From: a virus
Taxonomy: Duplodnaviria > Heunggongvirae > Uroviricota > Caudoviricetes
DNA length: 64,000 bases
Virus record (IMG/VR): IMGVR_UViG_3300035210_000151
Reading direction: 5' to 3' (one strand)
Below, piece after piece: positions 60,284 through 64,000 of the stretch. The notes beneath the pieces were generated by a model. The model was given only the letters and a program-made list of their open reading frames with translations, had not been told where the DNA came from and ran no database searches. The position numbers and the translations under genes were made by a program. Positions within the stretch are counted from its first letter, which is position 1; each line of letters begins with the position of its first letter.

Positions 60284-61003
60284 ATGGCTGAAATGATTGA
60301 TAGTAAACTTGATGAGATTAAGACAGCCTTAGCTAATAATAAGTGTTTTACCGTTAAGGGGCACTTTAAGGAGCTTTATGATCTAGGTTTTTATCAACAG
60401 GCTGATAACAATCCAGATTTTGTTAAGGACGATGACAACCCTAATTTCTTTTTGAATATTTATAACCTTATCAATGAGCAACATTCAGAGTTAACTGAAT
60501 ATGATTACACTTTTTATAAAATCATTGGCGATGAAGTGATTGAACTGTATTTAAAAGAATGTTCAAAAGAATATGGTTACAAGGGTAAAGAACGTGAATA
60601 CGTCCTTGCTTTTAAAGGTCGTTATTATTTAGACACATGTAAATTAGTCCCCTCTAAAAAGCCATCTATTATAGCTTACAACTGGTATGGTCAACCTACG
60701 CTTATGGTGACTATCCGAGGGCAAGAAACAGAATGGTTTATTACTTCACATGCAAGTGCTGCTGATTATTTTGGTAAGTTTTTTGATTCTGACTTACACT
60801 TTGGTCTGCATCGTGTTGATTATGATTCTACGAAAAAAACGATTACTGATGTTTATTTTAAAGTCGGTGAGAATTTTATTACGGCTGTTGAACTTGGTGA
60901 AGTAGTTCCGGCTTTGAAAGACTGCAGTTATTTAAAATTGTTAAACTGGCAAAAATATGTAACATCTGAGCATATTACGGTGTTGGAAATGACTTTAATT
61001 TAA
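60284..61003 (+). CDS. orphan protein, paralog pair H, C-terminal tag
   Basis: Collinear with previous gene; ends ITVLEMTLI. Confidence 0.8.
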   Translation: MAEMIDSKLDEIKTALANNKCFTVKGHFKELYDLGFYQQADNNPDFVKDDDNPNFFLNIYNLINEQHSELTEYDYTFYKIIGDEVIELYLKECSKEYGYKGKEREYVLAFKGRYYLDTCKLVPSKKPSIIAYNWYGQPTLMVTIRGQETEWFITSHASAADYFGKFFDSDLHFGLHRVDYDSTKKTITDVYFKVGENFITAVELGEVVPALKDCSYLKLLNWQKYVTSEHITVLEMTLI

Positions 61004-61012
61004 GGATATTGT

Positions 61013-61237
61013 ATGGCTTTTATTATTTCTTGGTTCATCGTTGGATTTATTGGTGGAATACTGTGTTCATGTGTGGATATTTTTGTTAACAGACACCCTA
61101 CTTTTGAAATTAAGATGCCTATTTTGCTGTCTTTCTTTGGTGCTTTGCTTATTCTTTGGTTTTTCATTTATCATAGACAATCGAAAATAGATAGAAAAAA
61201 CTCATGTTTTACAGATTCATATTTTCCTCTACCTTAA
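61013..61237 (+). CDS. small membrane protein
   Basis: Two TM segments, AAGGA RBS. Confidence 0.6.
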   Translation: MAFIISWFIVGFIGGILCSCVDIFVNRHPTFEIKMPILLSFFGALLILWFFIYHRQSKIDRKNSCFTDSYFPLP

Positions 61238-61291
61238 AGTTGATTATTATTGATTTATATGTTATTTTCTTATAAAATATAGGAGATATAT

Positions 61292-61936
61292 ATGGATTAT
61301 GATGATGACAATACCGTATTTGTTATTAAATTAAAAGATAATGCACCCTTAAACCTTCAATCGTTGTTTGAAGGCATTAGAAAGGTTGGTAATATCGTTG
61401 TTAGTTACAGTGCTGCTGAGCAAAAAACTGAAATGCCTGATATTCAAGAAAAAGCATTGTTTATTTCTTTTGACGGTTCAGAATTTAGTGATTATGAAGA
61501 AATTCTTTTTTATTCGTTACTCTACAAGATTGCTGAGAAATTTGGTGTTCAAAAAAGAGATATCAAAACAGGAATGAATTTCCCTTGCATCCATGACGAT
61601 GTGGAAGTGTTCAGTATCTTAATAAAAAGTTCTCAATGGAATAATAAATATGATGAAGATTATTTGGTTGAAACAGCCACAGGTCGAATTATTTCCAATG
61701 AAGAAGCTGATGATCTTGATTATAATTACGATATAGATGATGAAAATGACACGACTTATGACAAATATTCACGTTTTTGGTATACAGAGATTGTGGATAA
61801 TGTAAAGTATGATGAAGATGAACCATTTTTCTTTCTATCGAAGATATTTTGGCGTAAAAGAAAAGAGAAATATGAGGCAGAAGCTAAGGCAGCTCTTGCT
61901 GAATCTGATAAATTGTGGCAAAAAATTCGTTACTAA
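61292..61936 (+). CDS. acidic hypothetical protein
   Basis: AGGAG RBS, D/E/Y-rich. Confidence 0.75.
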   Translation: MDYDDDNTVFVIKLKDNAPLNLQSLFEGIRKVGNIVVSYSAAEQKTEMPDIQEKALFISFDGSEFSDYEEILFYSLLYKIAEKFGVQKRDIKTGMNFPCIHDDVEVFSILIKSSQWNNKYDEDYLVETATGRIISNEEADDLDYNYDIDDENDTTYDKYSRFWYTEIVDNVKYDEDEPFFFLSKIFWRKRKEKYEAEAKAALAESDKLWQKIRY

Positions 61937-61950
61937 TAATTTGTAATAAT

Positions 61951-61985
61951 AAAAAAAGCGATTGTATGGGACAGTCGCTTTTTTA
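61951..61985. terminator. bidirectional terminator
   Basis: AAAAGCGATTGT-atggg-ACAGTCGCTTTT. Confidence 0.75.
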
Positions 61986-62002
61986 TTATTTTAAGCTGTT
62001 GT

Positions 62003-62512
62003 TTATTTCAATTTTACAACAAATAGACATCCTTTTGTATTAAAACATTCTTCTAATGTTACAGAGTTATCATCTTTTGTAGAATAATACACATCAACAT
62101 TCTTATTTTTCAGATCTTTTTCAATGTATTGATAATACTCTTTCATTCGTTCTCTTGTTTCTTCTGATATGCTATCAGCACGGCGAATGGCTTCAAACTT
62201 ATAAATGAATTTGTCTGGTGTGTTGTCTGGTTTCAATTTAATCACAACGTCCGTATTTTTAATCATCTCATTTTGATATTCAGTCACATAAGAACAGGTT
62301 AAGCCTTCACAATTTATTCTAGAATTCAATTTATACTTATAATTATTGAAATCGACGCCTTTATTTTCATTAGCGATGTCGATAAATTGATGTATATTAT
62401 TCGTATACACTTTCAATATCGTTCTGGTATTCATGGACGCCATCAATGTGATTGCACTACCCACTATAACTACCAATAATCCGGTAGCGACTAAGCCTTC
62501 TTTAAATGTCAT
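62003..62512 (-). CDS. membrane-anchored hypothetical protein
   Basis: Start MTFKEG after AGGGAG; N-terminal TM. Confidence 0.7.
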   Translation of the reverse strand: MTFKEGLVATGLLVVIVGSAITLMASMNTRTILKVYTNNIHQFIDIANENKGVDFNNYKYKLNSRINCEGLTCSYVTEYQNEMIKNTDVVIKLKPDNTPDKFIYKFEAIRRADSISEETRERMKEYYQYIEKDLKNKNVDVYYSTKDDNSVTLEECFNTKGCLFVVKLK

Positions 62513-62711
62513 AACAATCTCCCTTTCATTAAATATATAGTAGTTGATAATAATTTCAAGGTTGCCAATATACCACTGCATATTTGTTTGTTACAAAGAT
62601 CATATCATAATCAAATTTTAATAAGCATCTTAAAAAATAAATAATATCTCAAATTAAGTTTGTTAAGTAATAATAAGCAATAAACATTGAATACTATATT
62701 ATAATAGTGTA

Positions 62712-62740
62712 TTGACATTTAACAGTAATAAAAATATAGT
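62712..62740 (+). promoter_or_regulatory. sigma70-like promoter
   Basis: TTGACA-17 nt-TATAGT. Confidence 0.65.
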
Positions 62741-62762
62741 ATAAAAAACATCGAGTTCTTCA

Positions 62763-63725
62763 ATGGAAGGAAAAAACGTTGTCTATCTTGTAGCTTTAAT
62801 TGTTACTTGCCTATTTGTTGTTCTTGTATTAGCTTATATTCCAAATTTAAAAGATGCTTTTCAAAATGCTGATCAATCTAGTAATCTTATCAATCATATT
62901 GAAAACAATATTGATTATGATAGCACTAATGATAATAATCAATCACTGCCAGTTTTAAAAAAAATTGACAAACCTGTAGAAAATCCAAAAACTGCAGTTA
63001 ATCACATACAATATCAAAAACAAAAGATTGAGAATATTCAAAAACAGACAGCAAAGCCACTTGATTTATCTAATATAAATGAACAATTAAATAACCCAAA
63101 AGATTTTATAGACTATAAAGACATTGTTAATCAATCTCTGGAATCTTTGGTCACTCCAAGAAATGAGAGTATTAACGAAAGTGAAGTTGACTCAAGTAGA
63201 CCATTTATGGAATTTAATGTACCTAACGATCTGAGCATAAACCAACGATCATCAGAAACTGGAAATGATTTTAGTTATGAAGTAAAATATAATTTTGGAT
63301 GGCATACTACTGACATGCAGTTACTGCAAAATACTACTGATTTTCAAGACAATCTTGCTGAACGTGGCTATGCTTCTATAACATACCGATATACCGAAGA
63401 TAAAAATAAATCAACAAGAGATTCTATGTTATCTAATAGTAAAAACAACAAGGATATGAGAACATACATCTCAAATAACTATCCAGTAAAAGCATCATTA
63501 GAACAACGTGTTGAATTTTTTATGTGGGATGTCAAATTCAATAAGTCTTTAAGAATGCCTAAAAAATTAATTATTTGGAATGAACATTCAACTGAGTTAT
63601 TTCCATGTTACATGATTGAACATGATTTTCCACATGGTGGTACAAGTTATAATGTTGAGTACACTTGCAAGAAGCTTCCTAATTTTAATGATTATGGCGG
63701 AAATTTAAAACTTATATTTAATTAA
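62763..63725 (+). CDS. membrane-anchored N/Q-rich hypothetical protein
   Basis: N-terminal TM, low-complexity stalk, globular C-terminus. Confidence 0.75.
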   Translation: MEGKNVVYLVALIVTCLFVVLVLAYIPNLKDAFQNADQSSNLINHIENNIDYDSTNDNNQSLPVLKKIDKPVENPKTAVNHIQYQKQKIENIQKQTAKPLDLSNINEQLNNPKDFIDYKDIVNQSLESLVTPRNESINESEVDSSRPFMEFNVPNDLSINQRSSETGNDFSYEVKYNFGWHTTDMQLLQNTTDFQDNLAERGYASITYRYTEDKNKSTRDSMLSNSKNNKDMRTYISNNYPVKASLEQRVEFFMWDVKFNKSLRMPKKLIIWNEHSTELFPCYMIEHDFPHGGTSYNVEYTCKKLPNFNDYGGNLKLIFN

Positions 63726-63737
63726 ATGGTATTTAAA

Positions 63738-64000
63738 ATGAAAAAAAATATTATTGTTTCAATAACGATTGTATCAATTGTTATCATTATATTAGCGGTG
63801 TTTATTTATAAAAAACAATCTAAAGAAAATGAAAATACTAATGCCTTTCAAATGAATGTATTTGGGCAAATTGATCGCTCTAATTCTGGCATTGGTTTTT
63901 CCGATAAGATTGCACAAAAAATAAAAGATCAAGAAGAATACGCTAAAAATATTAAAAAAACTATGACATCTAGTAATATTCCTAATATTAAGAATGAACA
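63738..64000 (+). CDS. membrane-anchored hypothetical protein (partial)
   Basis: MKKNIIVSITIVSIVIIILAVFIYKK..., open to window end. Confidence 0.65.
   Translation, partial: MKKNIIVSITIVSIVIIILAVFIYKKQSKENENTNAFQMNVFGQIDRSNSGIGFSDKIAQKIKDQEEYAKNIKKTMTSSNIPNIKNE

Noticed and set aside
1-64000. tRNA/rRNA genes, CRISPR arrays, integron attC sites, diversity-generating retroelement
   Set aside because: None seen by eye: no cloverleaf, no regular repeats, no recurring attC-like junctions and no reverse transcriptase; the 72-158/1050-1136 differences are largely synonymous rather than adenine-specific. Dedicated scans were not run.
1-64000. Alternative genetic code (stop-codon reassignment) explaining the shared termini
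   Set aside because: Tagged genes end in TAA, TAG and TGA alike, and known enzymes are full length under the standard code.

Overview
AT-rich, gene-dense segment of what looks like a very large mobile replicon (jumbo phage or megaplasmid). This is an inference: no virion, replication, rRNA or tRNA genes are visible, and a PtrA-N-like small protein hints at a Pseudomonas-type host. Most genes are on the + strand and sit in short units with their own sigma70-like promoter and intrinsic terminator. Recognisable genes are gatCAB, an ATP-grasp protein, a GHKL ATPase, an IS200/IS605 TnpB element, DUF305, a SleB-like cell wall hydrolase, an HD hydrolase, a trypsin-like lipoprotein, a MerR-like HTH/vWA pair, adk, a YkgJ protein, an HD-kinase, HNH, an Imm11-like protein and alkB. 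The rest are orphan genes, many in tandem paralog arrays. The main observation is that 27 otherwise dissimilar + strand orphan proteins end in the same extreme C-terminal motif, roughly phi-x-phi-x-x-M-x-x-[IYFVL]-stop (Met at -4 in 26, at -5 in one). It is absent from every recognisable enzyme and every - strand gene, which suggests a shared docking or targeting tag on a library of variable proteins. Also seen: two candidate small RNAs, a TnpB with a rearranged RuvC site whose insertion rewrote the end of the DUF305 gene, and an element-encoded tRNA amidotransferase.
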